A stretch of 64,000 bases of DNA from Chloroflexota bacterium (GTDB lineage: Bacteria > Chloroflexota > Dormibacteria > DASZGP01): positions 6,285 to 70,284 of the forward strand of contig JAXDLW010000040.1 in NCBI GenBank assembly GCA_034666405.1, in the 5' to 3' direction. The notes under the pieces were generated by a model. The model was given only the letters and a program-made list of their open reading frames with translations. It had not been told where the DNA came from and did no database searches. Shown here piece after piece: positions 29,232 to 41,224 of this stretch; position 1 is the first letter of the stretch; each line of letters begins with the position of its first letter. The position numbers were made by a program, and so were the translations under genes.

Positions 29232-30989
29232 ATGGAGACAGATCGGATCGACCCGAAGGCTCCTCCGAGCAATGGCAAGTCCAGCCACCCGGTGGTTGCG
29301 TCACGCACCCTCAGCGGGGCGCAGATCGTCATGGAGTGCCTCCTGGAGGAAGGGGTCGACACGATCTTCGGCTACCCCGGCGGGGCCAACCTGCCGCTCT
29401 ACCAGGTGCTGCCGGAGTACGCCGACCGCATCAAGCACATCCTGGTGCGCCACGAGCAGGGCGGCGCCCACGCGGCCGACGGCTACTCCCGGGCCCGCCG
29501 GGGCGCGGTCGGGGTTGTCTGGGCCACCAGCGGTCCCGGCGCCCTGAACCTGGTGACCGGCCTGGCCACGGCCTTCCTCGACTCGGTTCCCATGGTCGCG
29601 ATCACCGGCCAGGTCGCCACGACGGCGGTCGGCACGGACGCCTTCCAGGAGTCGGATGTCATCGGCAGCACGATGTCGGTGGTCAAGCACAGCTACATGG
29701 TCACGGACATCAACGACCTCGCCCAGACCATCCGTGACGCCTTCTACATCGCCCGCACCGGCCGCCCCGGCCCGGTGTTGATCGACCTTCCGAAGGACAT
29801 CCAGCAGCAGAAGATCGAGTTCACATACCCGTCGGCGCCCATCCACATGCGCTCGTACAACCCCACCTACCGGGGCAACCCGGTGCAGGTGCGCAAGGTC
29901 GCGGAGCTCATCAAGAACGCGAAGCGACCGATGATCCTGACGGGGCGCGGGGTGCTGATCTCGGGTGCCGAACAGGAGCTGATCGAGCTCTCGCACAAGG
30001 CCAACATCCCTGTCGGCTGGACCCTGCTCGGGACGGGCGCGTTCCCGCTGCGCGACCCCCTGGCGCTGCAGATGGTGGGCTTCATGGGCGCGGGTTACAC
30101 CAACAAGGCGGTGAACGGCTGCGACCTGCTGATCATGATCGGCATGCGCTGCGATGACCGCGTCACCACCAAAATCGAGAGCTTCGCGCCCAACGTGGAG
30201 AACATCGTCCACATCGATATCGACCCCGCGGAGATCGGCAAGAACCTCAAGCCGCAGGTGCCCCTGGTGGGCGACGCCAGGGCTGTCCTGAAGGAGCTGA
30301 TCCCGCTGGTTGCGCCCAAGTTCGAGCCGGAGTGGCTCACCCAGATCGACCAGTGGAAGGAGGAGCACCCGGTCCGCTACACCAACCACACCGGCCTGCT
30401 GCAGCCGCAGGAGGTCCTCATCCCGATGTACAAGCGCGCCGACTCGGAGGCGATCGTGGTGGCCGACGTGGGCCAGAACCAGATCTGGGCTGCGCTGTGG
30501 TTCGACTACGAGAAGCCGGGGTTGTTCCTCAACAGCGGCGGCACCGGCTGCATGGGGTTCGCGTTCCCCGCGGCCATCGGCGCCAAGTTCGCGCGGCCGG
30601 AGAAGACGGTCTTCTGCGTCAGCGGCGAGGGTGGCTTCGTCATGAACATGCAGGAGCTGGCGACGATCGCGGAGAACGACGTCGACATCAAGATCCTGAT
30701 CCTCAACAACTACGTGCTGGGCATGGTCCGGCAGTTCCAGGACGACTTCTACGGCGGCATACGCTCGGAGATCGACCTCACCCACCGTCCCGATTTCATG
30801 AAGCTGGCCGACGCCTACGGCATCAAGGGCCTGCGCACCGACAAGCAAGAGGAGGTCGAGGGGATCCTCGACGAGGCCCTTGCGCACAAGGGCCCGGTGC
30901 TGATGGAGTTCGTGATCGACCCCAACGCCAACGTTTACCCGATCATCCCGCTCGGCAAGGGACTCCTCGAATTCATGGAGGCCAAGTGA
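29232..30989 (+). CDS. ilvB: acetolactate synthase large (catalytic) subunit
   Basis: 585 aa from the ATG at 29232. TPP/FAD enzyme motifs GYPGGANLPLY and GTGCMGFAFPAAIGAKFA. The track ORF from 29121 overlaps the small upstream ORF in another frame. Confidence 0.92.
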   Translation: METDRIDPKAPPSNGKSSHPVVASRTLSGAQIVMECLLEEGVDTIFGYPGGANLPLYQVLPEYADRIKHILVRHEQGGAHAADGYSRARRGAVGVVWATSGPGALNLVTGLATAFLDSVPMVAITGQVATTAVGTDAFQESDVIGSTMSVVKHSYMVTDINDLAQTIRDAFYIARTGRPGPVLIDLPKDIQQQKIEFTYPSAPIHMRSYNPTYRGNPVQVRKVAELIKNAKRPMILTGRGVLISGAEQELIELSHKANIPVGWTLLGTGAFPLRDPLALQMVGFMGAGYTNKAVNGCDLLIMIGMRCDDRVTTKIESFAPNVENIVHIDIDPAEIGKNLKPQVPLVGDARAVLKELIPLVAPKFEPEWLTQIDQWKEEHPVRYTNHTGLLQPQEVLIPMYKRADSEAIVVADVGQNQIWAALWFDYEKPGLFLNSGGTGCMGFAFPAAIGAKFARPEKTVFCVSGEGGFVMNMQELATIAENDVDIKILILNNYVLGMVRQFQDDFYGGIRSEIDLTHRPDFMKLADAYGIKGLRTDKQEEVEGILDEALAHKGPVLMEFVIDPNANVYPIIPLGKGLLEFMEAK

Positions 30990-31600
30990 TGACCGGTGGG
31001 TCGCAGGCGCGCCTCCTCTCGGTGCTGGTGGAGAACAAGCCGGGCGTGCTCCAGCGCGTGGCCTCGATGATCCGCCGCCGCGGGTTCAACATCGACTCGC
31101 TTTCGGTCGGACCAACCGACGACGCCAGCGTCAGCCGGATGACCATCACGGTCCACGTTGGAAGAGCCCAGGCGGAGCAGGCGATGAAGCAGCTCTACAA
31201 GCTCATCGACGTGATCAAGATCGATGACATAACCACCGAGCGCGTCGTGGCCCAGGAGTTGGTGCTGATCAAGCTCAACGCCCCGGCCCGCAACCGCCGC
31301 GAGCTGCTCGACCTCATCTCCATGTTCGACGGACGGGTGGTCGATGTCGCCAGCAGCACGCTGATCGTCGAACTGTCCGGCCCGGCCGAGCGGATCGATG
31401 ACTTCATCGGACTGGCGCAGCCTTACGGCATCAAGGAGATCGCCCGGTCCGGGGCGGTGGCGATGGTCCGGGGCAACACCGCGCGGTTACGGCTGGTCGA
31501 CCGCGAGCATGACCGAGAGGTCGACGAGGAGCCGGAACCGCCGAAATCGAAAGCCCCTGTGGTCAGCGCCGCTGCCGCCGACGTCACGGGAGATATCTAG
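30989..31600 (+). CDS. ilvN: acetolactate synthase small (regulatory) subunit
   Basis: 203 aa. ACT domain LSVLVENKPGVLQRVASMIRRRGFNIDSLSVGPT. ATGA overlap with ilvB. Confidence 0.9.
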   Translation: MTGGSQARLLSVLVENKPGVLQRVASMIRRRGFNIDSLSVGPTDDASVSRMTITVHVGRAQAEQAMKQLYKLIDVIKIDDITTERVVAQELVLIKLNAPARNRRELLDLISMFDGRVVDVASSTLIVELSGPAERIDDFIGLAQPYGIKEIARSGAVAMVRGNTARLRLVDREHDREVDEEPEPPKSKAPVVSAAAADVTGDI

Positions 31601-31639
31601 GATGCCGGCTTCACCGGCACGCCACCGGGAGGACATCAA

Positions 31640-32683
31640 TTGACCGCCAGGATGTATTACGACGCCGACGCCGACCCCAGCGCCTTGGAGGGCTCGCGGA
31701 TCGCTGTCCTGGGCTTCGGCTCACAGGGCCACGCCCATGCGATCAACCTCAAGGAGTCGGGCTATGACGTGGTCGTCGGGCTCCAGGCGGCCAGCCGCAG
31801 CCGGGCCGCGGCCCAGGATGCCGGGCTCGAGGTGCTCGAGCCGGCCGAGGCCGTGAAGGGGGCCGACGTGGTGATGATCCTGGTCCCTGACACGAGCCAG
31901 GCCGACCTCTACGAGTCGGCCATCGAGCCCAACCTCAAGGACGGCGCGATGCTCATGTTCGCGCACGGGTTCAACATCCATTTCAAGCAGATCGAACCGC
32001 CGAAGTCGGTCGATGTCAGCATGGTGGCGCCGAAGGGCCCGGGGCACCTGGTGCGCAGTACCTACGCCGCCGGCCAGGGCGTCCCGGCGCTGTTCACCGT
32101 CCACCAGGACGCCACCGGCAACGCGCGCGCCAAGACGCTGGCATACGCTCGCGGCATCGGCGCCACGCGCGCCGGTGTGCTGGAGACCACCTTCAAAGAG
32201 GAGACAGAGACCGATCTCTTCGGCGAGCAGGCGGTGCTCTGCGGTGGCGTCTCGAGCCTGGTCAAGGCCGGCTTCGACACCCTCGTGGACGCGGGCTACC
32301 AGCCGGAGCTGGCCTACTTCGAGGTCTGCCATGAACTGAAGCTGATCGTCGACCTGATGTACCAGGGCGGCCTCAACTACATGCGCTACTCGGTCAGTGA
32401 CACGGCCGAGTTCGGGGACTACGTGAGCGGCCCACGGGTGGTCAACGCGCAGACCCGCGAGACCATGAAGAAGATCCTGGGCGAGATCCAGGACGGCACC
32501 TTCGCCAAGAACTGGATCGCCGAGAACGCCAACGGCCGGCCCAACTACATCGAGTTCAAGCAGGCCGACCAGCACAGCCAGATCGAGGAGGTGGGCGCCG
32601 AGCTCCGCTCCAAGATGAGCTGGCTTGGTGCCAAGACGGCGCCCGACGTGGCGGACAAGAAGCCCGCGGAGGTACCGGCATGA
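31640..32683 (+). CDS. ilvC: ketol-acid reductoisomerase
   Basis: 347 aa. TTG start 6 nt after GGGAGGA. Rossmann [15 protein letters not shown] and the C-terminal KARI knotted domain. Confidence 0.92.
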   Translation: MTARMYYDADADPSALEGSRIAVLGFGSQGHAHAINLKESGYDVVVGLQAASRSRAAAQDAGLEVLEPAEAVKGADVVMILVPDTSQADLYESAIEPNLKDGAMLMFAHGFNIHFKQIEPPKSVDVSMVAPKGPGHLVRSTYAAGQGVPALFTVHQDATGNARAKTLAYARGIGATRAGVLETTFKEETETDLFGEQAVLCGGVSSLVKAGFDTLVDAGYQPELAYFEVCHELKLIVDLMYQGGLNYMRYSVSDTAEFGDYVSGPRVVNAQTRETMKKILGEIQDGTFAKNWIAENANGRPNYIEFKQADQHSQIEEVGAELRSKMSWLGAKTAPDVADKKPAEVPA

Positions 32684-34332
32684 CTGAGGGCAATGGCCAC
32701 AGCGACGTAAGCGTGCCCGCGACGGTGGTCGTGGGCCCCCCCGAGGATCACCTGGTCATCTTCGACACCACCCTGCGCGACGGCGAGCAGTCGCCGGGTG
32801 CCACCATGAACATCGACCAGAAGTTGCAGATCGCACAGCAGCTGGAGCGGCTCAACGTGGACGTCATCGAGGCCGGCTTCCCGGCGGCGTCGCCTGGCGA
32901 TTTCACCGCCGTCAGCGCGATTTCGGAGACCGTCCAGAACGTCACGGTCTGCGGGCTTGCACGGATCTGGCCGCAGTCCGACATCATCGCGTGTGCCGAG
33001 GCGATCTCCTCGGCCAAGCGACCCCGACTCCACACCTTTGTCGGGACCTCGCCCACGCACCGCGACATGGTCAGCTGGGCCGACCCCGCGCGGAAGCTGG
33101 AGGACATCCTGGACCGCGCGGTCGAGGCCGTGCAGCTGGCGCGCACGTTCACCGACGACGTCGAGTTCTCGCCGATGGACGCCAGTCGCACCGAGAAGGA
33201 GTACCTCGCCGAGATCATCGCGGCAACCATCGAGGCCGGCGCCAGCACCATCAACGTCACCGACACCGTCGGTTACGCCGACCCCGAGGAGTGGAACCAG
33301 CTGATGCACTGGCTCTACGAGCGGGTGCCCCGGCTCAACGACGTCGTTCTCTCGGTGCACTGCCACGACGACCTGGGGATGGCCGTGGCCAACTCCCTGT
33401 CGGCGGTCCGCGCCGGGGCCCGCCAGGTCGAGGGCTGCGTCAACGGTATCGGTGAGCGCGCGGGCAACGCGTCCATCGAGGAGGTCATCACCGCCGTCCG
33501 CATCCGTCCCGAGATCTACGGGGTCTGGACCCAGGTGGACCACTCCCATATCTACCGCACCAGCCGCCTGGTCAGCCAGCTGACCGGCATGATGGTCCAG
33601 CCGAACAAGGCGGTGGTCGGGGCCAACGCCTTCGCCCACGCGTCGGGCATCCACCAGGACGGCGTGCTGAAGAACGTGCGGACCTTCGAGATCATCGACG
33701 CCGGGGATGTCGGTGCCGAGCAGAAGCTGGTGCTGGGCAAGCTCTCCGGCCGCCATGCCTTCAAGGTGCGCATCGCCGAGATGGGCTTCGAGCTGGGCGA
33801 CGAGGAGTTCAAGCGCGCCTTCGCCCGCTTCAAGAAGCTGGCCGACCAGAAGAAGGAGATCACCGACCGGGACCTCGAGTCGATCGTCGCCGACGAGGCG
33901 CGGATGTCCTCAGAGACCTTCAGGCTGGAACACCTCCAGGTCTCCAGCGGCACCGGCATGAAGCCGACGGCGTCGGTGCGCATCGCGGTCGAGGGCGGCC
34001 AGGTACAGGAGTCCGCCGCCATGGGCGATGGCCCGGTGGACGCGACCTACCGCGCCATCAACAACGTGGTCCAGCTGGAGTGCGAGCTCAACGAGTTCCG
34101 CGTCCAGGAGGTGACCGAGGGCATCTCCGCCCTCGGCGAGGTCAATGTCCGCGTTCGTCGCGGGCCCCATATCGCATCCGGGCACGGTTCCGACACCGAC
34201 ATCCTGGTGGCCGCGGCGCGGGCGTACCTCAACGCGCTCAACAAGCTGGTGGAGCTGGGCGACGAGCGCAAGATGACCCCGGAGACGTCGAGCGGGGCCC
34301 CCGTGGCGGCTGTCGCCGCGGCCACGGCTTGA
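32680..34332 (+). CDS. leuA: 2-isopropylmalate synthase
   Basis: 550 aa. [13 protein letters not shown] and HCHDDLG motifs plus the C-terminal LeuA-dimer regulatory domain. Confidence 0.92.
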   Translation: MTEGNGHSDVSVPATVVVGPPEDHLVIFDTTLRDGEQSPGATMNIDQKLQIAQQLERLNVDVIEAGFPAASPGDFTAVSAISETVQNVTVCGLARIWPQSDIIACAEAISSAKRPRLHTFVGTSPTHRDMVSWADPARKLEDILDRAVEAVQLARTFTDDVEFSPMDASRTEKEYLAEIIAATIEAGASTINVTDTVGYADPEEWNQLMHWLYERVPRLNDVVLSVHCHDDLGMAVANSLSAVRAGARQVEGCVNGIGERAGNASIEEVITAVRIRPEIYGVWTQVDHSHIYRTSRLVSQLTGMMVQPNKAVVGANAFAHASGIHQDGVLKNVRTFEIIDAGDVGAEQKLVLGKLSGRHAFKVRIAEMGFELGDEEFKRAFARFKKLADQKKEITDRDLESIVADEARMSSETFRLEHLQVSSGTGMKPTASVRIAVEGGQVQESAAMGDGPVDATYRAINNVVQLECELNEFRVQEVTEGISALGEVNVRVRRGPHIASGHGSDTDILVAAARAYLNALNKLVELGDERKMTPETSSGAPVAAVAAATA

Positions 34333-35774
34333 CGGGCGTCTCCGGCGGCGGGTCCGTGGCCGTGCCGCGGACCCTCTTCGACAAGGTCTGGGACGCCCAC
34401 GTGGTCAGCCACGTGGATGGCGAGCCCGCGGTGGTCTACGTCGACCTCCACCTGGTCCACGAGGTGACCTCACCCCAGGCGTTCGAGGGCCTGAGGCTCG
34501 AGGGCCGCACGGTGCACAGGCCCAACCAGACCGTCGCCACGATGGACCACAACGTTCCCACCATCGGCGGGATCGAGATGGCGCCGGAGATCTCCCGCAA
34601 GCAGATGGAGACGCTGCGTCAGAACTGCGAGGACTTCGGCATCCCCTGCTTCGGCCTGGGCCATCGCTTCCAGGGCATCGTCCACATCATCGGGCCGGAG
34701 CTGGGCATCACCCTCCCGGGGACGGTGATCGCGTGTGGCGACAGTCACACCTCGACCCACGGCGCCTTCGGGGCGTTCGCGCTGGGTATCGGGACATCCG
34801 AGGTCGAGCACGTCCTCGCCACCCAGACCCTGCGCCTGGACAAGCCCAGGAGCTTCGAGGTCCGCGTCGACGGCGACCTGCCCCTCGGCGTCACCGCCAA
34901 GGACGTCGTGCTGGGCATCCTCAACCGGATCGGCGTCGACGGCGGCACCGGCTACGTGCTGGAGTACCGCGGCACGACGTTCGAGCGTATGTCCATGGAG
35001 CAGCGCATGAGCGTGTGCAACATGACCATCGAGGGCGGCGGCCGCGCCGGCATGATCGCCCCCGACGAGACCACCATCCGCTACATCGAGGGGCGGCCCT
35101 ACGCCCCCCGCGGCGCGGCCTGGGAGGAGGCGGTGGCCGCGTGGCGGGAGCTGCGCACCGACGAGGGCGCGGCGTTCGACCGCAGCATCAGCATCGACGC
35201 TGCCGACCTCGTCCCATACGTCACCTGGGGCACCAACCCGGCGCAGTCGGTCGCGGTGAGCGCGGCGGTGCCCGACCCCGACGACTTCGAGGACCCCTCC
35301 CAGCGTGAGGCGGCGGCGCACGCCCTCGAGTACATGGGCCTGCGCGCGGGCACCCGGATCGAGGACATCCGCCTCGACCGCGTCTTCATCGGCAGCTGCA
35401 CGAATGCGCGGATCGAGGACCTGCGTGCCGCGGCGGTGGTGGTCGAAGGCCGGCGGGTGGCCGAGGGCGTGCACGCGATGGTCGTGCCCGGCTCGGCGCT
35501 GGTCAAGGCCCAGGCGGAGTCCGAGGGCCTGGACCGGGTGTTCACCGGGGCGGGGTTCGAGTGGCGCGACGCCGGCTGCTCGATGTGCCTGGGCATGAAC
35601 CCCGACATCCTCCTGCCCGGTGAGCGCTGCGCCTCGACCTCCAACCGCAACTTCGAGGGCCGCCAGGGGAGGGGAGGGCGCACCCACCTGGTCAGCCCCG
35701 CGATGGCCGCCGCGGCCGCGCTCGAGGGCCATTTCGTCGACGTCCGCGAGCTCCCCTCATTGGGCCCGGCATGA
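34329..35774 (+). CDS. leuC: 3-isopropylmalate dehydratase large subunit
   Basis: Aconitase-family protein ([17 protein letters not shown], cysteine ligands). Start assigned to the TTG overlapping the leuA stop (alternative GTG at 34354). The track ORF from 34080 is too long. Confidence 0.9.
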   Translation: MTGVSGGGSVAVPRTLFDKVWDAHVVSHVDGEPAVVYVDLHLVHEVTSPQAFEGLRLEGRTVHRPNQTVATMDHNVPTIGGIEMAPEISRKQMETLRQNCEDFGIPCFGLGHRFQGIVHIIGPELGITLPGTVIACGDSHTSTHGAFGAFALGIGTSEVEHVLATQTLRLDKPRSFEVRVDGDLPLGVTAKDVVLGILNRIGVDGGTGYVLEYRGTTFERMSMEQRMSVCNMTIEGGGRAGMIAPDETTIRYIEGRPYAPRGAAWEEAVAAWRELRTDEGAAFDRSISIDAADLVPYVTWGTNPAQSVAVSAAVPDPDDFEDPSQREAAAHALEYMGLRAGTRIEDIRLDRVFIGSCTNARIEDLRAAAVVVEGRRVAEGVHAMVVPGSALVKAQAESEGLDRVFTGAGFEWRDAGCSMCLGMNPDILLPGERCASTSNRNFEGRQGRGGRTHLVSPAMAAAAALEGHFVDVRELPSLGPA

Positions 35775-36409
35775 GGCCCTTCATCACCGAGACCGGGGTC
35801 GTGGCGCCGCTGATGCGAGCCAACGTCGACACCGACCAGATCATCCCCAAGCAGTTCCTCAAGCGCATCGAGCGGACCGGCTACGGGCCCTTCCTGTTCA
35901 ACGACTGGCGCTACGACGAGGACGGGGTGGAGCGCCCCGACTTCGTCCTCAACCGCGAGCCCTACCGGCAGGCGAAGGTGCTGGTGGGCGGGCGCAACTT
36001 CGGCTCCGGCTCCAGCCGCGAGCACGCTGTCTGGGCGCTGGACAACTTCGGCATCCGGGCAGTCATCGCCCCCTCGTTCGCCGACATCTTCAAGGGCAAC
36101 GCGCTGAAGGGCGGCCTGCTCCCGGTCCAGCTCCCCGAGGCCGAGGTGGCCCTGATCGCCGACCGCGCCGAGGAGGAGCCCGGGGTCCAGGTCACCGTCG
36201 ACCTGCGGGCCCGCACGGTCACCCTGGGTGAGCTCAGCTTCAACTTCGAGATCGACGAGTTCGCCCGGCAGACCCTGCTCGAGGGCCTCGACGACATCGC
36301 CATGACGCTGCAGGGCGTGGAGGCCATCTCGGAGTTCGAGTCACGGCGGCCGGACTGGCTGCCGGACCTGGCCCGGGGCCCCGAGCCCCTCCCGGTCGCG
36401 GGCGGGTGA
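35771..36409 (+). CDS. leuD: 3-isopropylmalate dehydratase small subunit
   Basis: 212 aa. Aconitase swivel domain ([14 protein letters not shown]). ATGA overlap. Confidence 0.9.
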   Translation: MRPFITETGVVAPLMRANVDTDQIIPKQFLKRIERTGYGPFLFNDWRYDEDGVERPDFVLNREPYRQAKVLVGGRNFGSGSSREHAVWALDNFGIRAVIAPSFADIFKGNALKGGLLPVQLPEAEVALIADRAEEEPGVQVTVDLRARTVTLGELSFNFEIDEFARQTLLEGLDDIAMTLQGVEAISEFESRRPDWLPDLARGPEPLPVAGG

Positions 36410-37503
36410 CGGCGTTGCGCCACGTCGTCGTCCTGCCCGGCGACGGGATCGGACCGGAGGTCACCGAGCAGGCTGTGAAGGTCCTGGAAAAGGCAGCCGT
36501 CGCGGCCGGCGTCGACATCTCGCTCGAACGCCGGCTCATCGGCGGGTCGGCCATCGAGGCAGAGGGCCGGCCGCTGTCGGATGAGACCGTCGCCGCCTGC
36601 CAGGGCGCGGACGCGGTGCTCCTCGGGGCCGTCGGCGGTCCACAGTGGGACCACCTCACCGGCGACATGAAGTGCGAGTCCGGCCTGCTGCGCCTCCGCA
36701 AGGAGCTCGGGGTGTTCGCCAACGTGCGCCCGGTCAAGGTCCACCCGGCGCTGGCCCAGCGGTCCACGCTGCGACCCGAGGTGATCGAGGGCGTGGACAT
36801 GGTCGTGGTGCGCGAACTCACCGGCGGCCTGTACTTCGGCCAGCCCCGCGGGCGCGAGGGGCAGGGCCCGTCGGAGACCGCCCGGGACAGCCTGGTGTAC
36901 ACCCGTGCCGAGATCGAGCGCGTGACCCGCGTGGCCTTCGAGCTGGCCCGGGGGCGGCGCCGCAAGCTCACTTCTGTGGACAAGCAGAACGTCCTCATCA
37001 CCTCGCGCTTCTGGCGCGACGTGGTCATGGAGGTTGCCCCGGATTACCCGGATGTCGAGCTCGAGCACATCCTGGTCGATACCGCCGCGATGCTGTTCGT
37101 GCGCACGCCGCGGAGCTTCGACGTTGTCGTGACCGAGAACATGTTCGGCGACATCCTGACCGACGAGGCGGCGATGCTCACGGGCTCGATGGGGATGCTC
37201 CCGTCCGCCAGCCTGGGCCTGCCCGGCAAGCCGGGTCTCTACGAGCCCATTCATGGCAGCGCCCCGGACATCGCGGGCCTGGGCACCGCCAACCCGCTGG
37301 GAAGCATCCTCTGCGTGGCGATGATGTTGCGCTCGTCCCTGCGGCTGAACGATCCCGCGGCGGCGGTCGAGGCAGCGGTCGACGACGTCATCAGCGCCGG
37401 TGTCCTGACGCCCGACCTGGGCGGCTCGGCCGGTACCCAGGAGGTTGCGAACGCGGTCCTGGCAGCCCTGGCCCAGCGGCTTCCGGAGGTCGCTCGAGCA
37501 TGA
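36406..37503 (+). CDS. leuB: 3-isopropylmalate dehydrogenase
   Basis: 365 aa. [34 protein letters not shown] motifs. Confidence 0.92.
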   Translation: MTALRHVVVLPGDGIGPEVTEQAVKVLEKAAVAAGVDISLERRLIGGSAIEAEGRPLSDETVAACQGADAVLLGAVGGPQWDHLTGDMKCESGLLRLRKELGVFANVRPVKVHPALAQRSTLRPEVIEGVDMVVVRELTGGLYFGQPRGREGQGPSETARDSLVYTRAEIERVTRVAFELARGRRRKLTSVDKQNVLITSRFWRDVVMEVAPDYPDVELEHILVDTAAMLFVRTPRSFDVVVTENMFGDILTDEAAMLTGSMGMLPSASLGLPGKPGLYEPIHGSAPDIAGLGTANPLGSILCVAMMLRSSLRLNDPAAAVEAAVDDVISAGVLTPDLGGSAGTQEVANAVLAALAQRLPEVARA

Positions 37504-39110
37504 GCCCGCAGGCTCTCGAGCTGTACGACGTCACCCTGCGCGATGGCGCCCAGGGCCCGGGGATCTCCTTCTCCGTGTCGGACAAGCTGCGGATCGCCGA
37601 GAAGCTGGACGAGCTGGGCGTGACCTACATCGAGGGCGGCTGGCCCGGGTCCAACCCCAAGGACATCGAGTTCTTCGAGGAGATGAAGGGCACAAAGCTG
37701 CGGCACGCCCGGCTGGCCGCCTTCGGTGCCACCCGGCGCCCCGGCATCGCCGCCGGCGACGACCTCCAACTGCGCCACCTGGTCGAAGCCGAGACCCCGG
37801 TGGTGACGCTGGTGGGCAAGAGCTGGGATCGGCAGGTGAAGGACGTCATCCAGGCAGAGCTGAGCGAGAACCTGGCCATGATCCGCGACTCGATGGCCTT
37901 CCTGGTCGCCCAGGGCCGGGTGGCGATGTACGACGCCGAGCACTTTTTCGATGGCTACCAATCGAACCGGGAGTACGCCATGGACTGCCTGCAGGCGGCG
38001 TTCGACGGCGGCGCCGAGCGGGTCGTCCTCTGTGACACCAACGGCGGCAACCTGCCGGACCGGGTGGCCGAGGTCGTCAGCGCGGCCGTGGCCCGCTTCG
38101 GCCCCCGGGTCGGCGTCCACTGCCATGACGACTCCGGGGTCGGGGTGGCCAACACGCTGGCCGCGGTGCTGGCCGGCGCGGTCCAGGTCCAGGGCTGCAT
38201 GAACGGTTATGGCGAGCGCTCGGGCAACGCCAACATGACGACCGTCATCCCCAACCTGCAGCTGAAGATGGGCTACCAGGTGGTCACCGAGGAGAGCCTC
38301 GGGCGCCTCACCGAGACCTCGCAGTACATCGATGAGATCGCCAACCAGGCGCCCAACCCCTTCGCCCCGTTCGTGGGCGAGGGCTCCTTCACCCACAAGG
38401 GCGGCCAGCACGTCGACGCCATGATGAAGGCCGCCTACACCTACCAGCACATCGACCCCGGGGTGGTCGGCAACCGCAGCCGGATCGTGGTCTCGGACCA
38501 GGCCGGCCGTAGCAACGTCATGTTCAAGGCCACCGAGTTCGGCATCGACCTGGAGGGCGACAAGGTCCTGGCCCGGCGGCTGGCCGAGGAGGTCAAGGAC
38601 CTGGAGCACCGCGGCTATTCGTTCGAGGGCGCGGAGGCCTCCTTCGAGATGGTCATCCACCGCGCCCGCGGCGAGAAGGCCAATTTCGACCTGATCGACA
38701 TGATCGCCCTGGTGGAGCAGCGCGAGGGTAACGCGATGGTCAGCGAGGCCACCGTCAAGATCCGCGTCGGCGACCACGTGATGCACACGGCGGGCGAGGG
38801 CAACGGCCCCGTCAACGCGCTCGACTCGGCGCTTCGCAAGGCGCTCCTGCCCCATTTCCCGGAGATCGACGCCATCCGCCTGCACGATTACAAGGTCCGC
38901 GTCATCAACGAGTCGGCCGCCACGGGTGCCGCCGTCCGGGTCCTGATCGAATCGGGCGACCACCACCAGCGATGGAGCACGGTTGGGTGTAGCACCAACA
39001 TCATCGAGGCCTCGTGGCTGGCCCTGCGTGACGCCTTCGAGTACGGCCTGTTGAAGGCCCGGTCGCGTGGCGTGGAGGATGCCGGCCGCCCGGAAGCCTT
39101 CAGCGTCTGA
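37500..39110 (+). CDS. cimA: citramalate synthase / LeuA-family 2-alkylmalate synthase (CimA-like)
   Basis: 536 aa from the ATG overlapping the leuB stop. [17 protein letters not shown], and the long C-terminal regulatory domain typical of CimA. The track ORF from 36645 is an over-extension. Confidence 0.8.
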   Translation: MSPQALELYDVTLRDGAQGPGISFSVSDKLRIAEKLDELGVTYIEGGWPGSNPKDIEFFEEMKGTKLRHARLAAFGATRRPGIAAGDDLQLRHLVEAETPVVTLVGKSWDRQVKDVIQAELSENLAMIRDSMAFLVAQGRVAMYDAEHFFDGYQSNREYAMDCLQAAFDGGAERVVLCDTNGGNLPDRVAEVVSAAVARFGPRVGVHCHDDSGVGVANTLAAVLAGAVQVQGCMNGYGERSGNANMTTVIPNLQLKMGYQVVTEESLGRLTETSQYIDEIANQAPNPFAPFVGEGSFTHKGGQHVDAMMKAAYTYQHIDPGVVGNRSRIVVSDQAGRSNVMFKATEFGIDLEGDKVLARRLAEEVKDLEHRGYSFEGAEASFEMVIHRARGEKANFDLIDMIALVEQREGNAMVSEATVKIRVGDHVMHTAGEGNGPVNALDSALRKALLPHFPEIDAIRLHDYKVRVINESAATGAAVRVLIESGDHHQRWSTVGCSTNIIEASWLALRDAFEYGLLKARSRGVEDAGRPEAFSV

Positions 39111-39162
39111 CGGCAGGGTCGCACCGGCCGAGCCGCCGGTGCACCGCGCGTACACTCACGCG

Positions 39163-39774
39163 ATGCTGGACATAAGCCCGAGCAAGATCGTCGGCGTGGG
39201 CAGGAATTACGCCGCGCACGCCCGGGAGCTGGGCAACGAGGTGCCGGCCGAGCCGCTGATCTTCCTCAAGCCACCGTCGGCCAACCTCGGCGACGGCGAC
39301 GATGTCGTTCACCCAGCCGAGACCGCGGACCTCCAGTTCGAGGGCGAGCTGGCCGTGGTCATCGGCCGCCGCTGCCGGCGGGTCTCCGAGGCAGAGGCCC
39401 TGGCCCATGTCGCCGGCTATACCTGCGCCAACGACGTCACCGCCCGCGACCTCCAGAGGTCGGATGACCAGTGGACCCGCGCCAAGGGGTTCGACACCTT
39501 CTGCCCGCTGGGCCCGGTGATCGTCGCGGACTTCGATCCCTCGAACGCCAGCCTCACCACCCGGGTGAATGGGGAGGTGCGCCAACAGGCGACCACCGCT
39601 GAGATGGTCTTCTCGGTGCCCCGGCTCCTGAGCTATATCAGTGGTGTGATGACGCTGGAGCCCGGGGACGTGGTCCTGACCGGGACGCCGCCGGGGGTGG
39701 GCCGGGTGAGCCCGGGCGACGTCATGGAGGTCGAGATCGGTGGGATCGGCGTCCTCCACAACACGGTCCGCTGA
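39163..39774 (+). CDS. fumarylacetoacetate hydrolase (FAH) family protein
   Basis: 203 aa from the ATG at 39163. [13 protein letters not shown]..., [28 protein letters not shown] motifs. Confidence 0.82.
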   Translation: MLDISPSKIVGVGRNYAAHARELGNEVPAEPLIFLKPPSANLGDGDDVVHPAETADLQFEGELAVVIGRRCRRVSEAEALAHVAGYTCANDVTARDLQRSDDQWTRAKGFDTFCPLGPVIVADFDPSNASLTTRVNGEVRQQATTAEMVFSVPRLLSYISGVMTLEPGDVVLTGTPPGVGRVSPGDVMEVEIGGIGVLHNTVR

Positions 39775-39788
39775 GGCCGGGCACAGGA

Positions 39789-40433
39789 ATGCCGTCGAGC
39801 TCGTGGAAGAGCGAGGACGTCCTGGTGGTGCCGCGGGACGTGGTGTTCCCCGACGGCGCCTGGCACGGGTTCATCGACAGCAACCTGGACCGGTACCTCG
39901 AGGTGATCGCGTCCCGCCACGAGTTCCGACGGCGCGGTGACGTGGAGGAGGACCCGGCCTTCCAGCAGATCATCCCGTACGTCGTCTTCCGCCACGCCGA
40001 CCGCTACTTCCTGACCAAGCGGCTGAAGGAGAGCTCGGAGAAGCGCCTGCGCCACCTCTACTCACTGGGCATCGGCGGTCACATCAACCGCGATGACATC
40101 TCCGACCTGCCGGGGTCCGACCCGGTGGTCGAGGGGCTGCGGCGCGAGTTCGAGGAGGAGGTCGTCTACGAGGGGGCCTGGACCCACCGCATGATCGGGC
40201 TGTTGAACGACGACAGCAACGATGTCAGCCGGGTCCACCTAGCGGTGGTCTTCGAGGTGATCGGTGACCGGCCCGAGATCGCGATCCGCGAGACGGGGAA
40301 GCTGGACGGGGAGTTGCTGACACTGGAGGAGATGAAGATCTACTACCTCGACATGGAGTCCTGGAGCCAGCTCATCTACGATCACCTGCTGGCGAGGGAG
40401 AAGGCGGCGGCGGCCGCAGGAGGCGCGCAGTGA
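39789..40433 (+). CDS. hypothetical protein, possible NUDIX-like hydrolase
   Basis: 214 aa. Segment GSDPVVEGLRREFEEEVV resembles a shortened Nudix box (G-x5-E...REFEEE). Weak assignment. Confidence 0.4.
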   Translation: MPSSSWKSEDVLVVPRDVVFPDGAWHGFIDSNLDRYLEVIASRHEFRRRGDVEEDPAFQQIIPYVVFRHADRYFLTKRLKESSEKRLRHLYSLGIGGHINRDDISDLPGSDPVVEGLRREFEEEVVYEGAWTHRMIGLLNDDSNDVSRVHLAVVFEVIGDRPEIAIRETGKLDGELLTLEEMKIYYLDMESWSQLIYDHLLAREKAAAAAGGAQ

Positions 40434-41026
40434 GCGACACCAACACGTGGGAGGCGGGGGGGCCGCACGACCGTGAGACGGCCTGGGACCTGCTCTGCGA
40501 GCACACCAAATCCGACAGTCTCCGCAAGCACGGGCTGGCCGTCGAGGCCGCGATGCGCGGGCTGGCCCGCCGGGCCGGCGAGGACGAGGAGCTCTGGGGC
40601 ATCGTCGGCCTGGTCCACGACTTCGACTACGAGCAGCACCCCGACCCTCTCGAGCACGGCCTGGCAGGGGGGCGGATCCTGCGCGAGCTCGGCTGGCCGG
40701 ACGTGGTGATCCACGCGGTCGAGTCGCACAACGACCATGTCGGCGTGCTGCGGGAGAACCTGATGGAGCACTCCCTCTTCGCCTGTGACGAACTGTCGGG
40801 ATTCATCGTCGCCGTCGCGCTCGTGAAGGGCAGGGACCTGACGATGGTCGAGCCACGGTCGGTGCACAAGAAGCTCAGGGACCGGGGCTTCGCGCGGAGC
40901 GTCTCGCGGGAGGACGTCGAGAAGGGTTTTCGGGAACTTGGAGTGGACCCGGACGAGCACATCCGCTTCCTGGTCGAGAGCCTGAGCAAGGTGGCTTCCA
41001 GCATCGGCCTGGTGGCGTCGGCCTGA
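40430..41026 (+). CDS. HD-domain metal-dependent phosphohydrolase
   Basis: 198 aa. His...HD (LVHDFDYEQH), further His/Asp metal ligands (HAVESHNDHVGV). GTGA overlap with the preceding gene. Confidence 0.7.
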   Translation: MSDTNTWEAGGPHDRETAWDLLCEHTKSDSLRKHGLAVEAAMRGLARRAGEDEELWGIVGLVHDFDYEQHPDPLEHGLAGGRILRELGWPDVVIHAVESHNDHVGVLRENLMEHSLFACDELSGFIVAVALVKGRDLTMVEPRSVHKKLRDRGFARSVSREDVEKGFRELGVDPDEHIRFLVESLSKVASSIGLVASA

Positions 41027-41101
41027 TCGGCAGCCGGTTCTCGAGCGGGCGCTCGTGGTCTTTGCCGGGGTCCGCGGGGCCAAAGTTGTGACCCAGGCAC
41101 T

Positions 41102-41129
41102 TTCGCAAGTCAGCGCGAGCCACTAAAAT
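41102..41129 (+). promoter_or_regulatory. putative promoter (TTCGCA, 16 nt, TAAAAT)
   Basis: AT-rich -10-like hexamer, rare in this GC-rich context, roughly 95 nt upstream of the large secreted-protein gene. Confidence 0.3.
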
Positions 41130-41224
41130 AGCGCCGACTCCCGGCTGCCACAAGCGGCCGGAAGCGGGAAGTGGAAACGGCAGGACCTGGTCCGACGCCG
41201 TCGGCTAAATCGGGGAGTTCAGGC

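Noticed and set aside
41067-41092. Imperfect hairpin (CTTTGCC...GGCCAAAG) after the HD-domain gene as a terminator
   Set aside because: The stem is bulged and it is followed by TTGTGAC rather than a U-tract. It is not a convincing intrinsic terminator.
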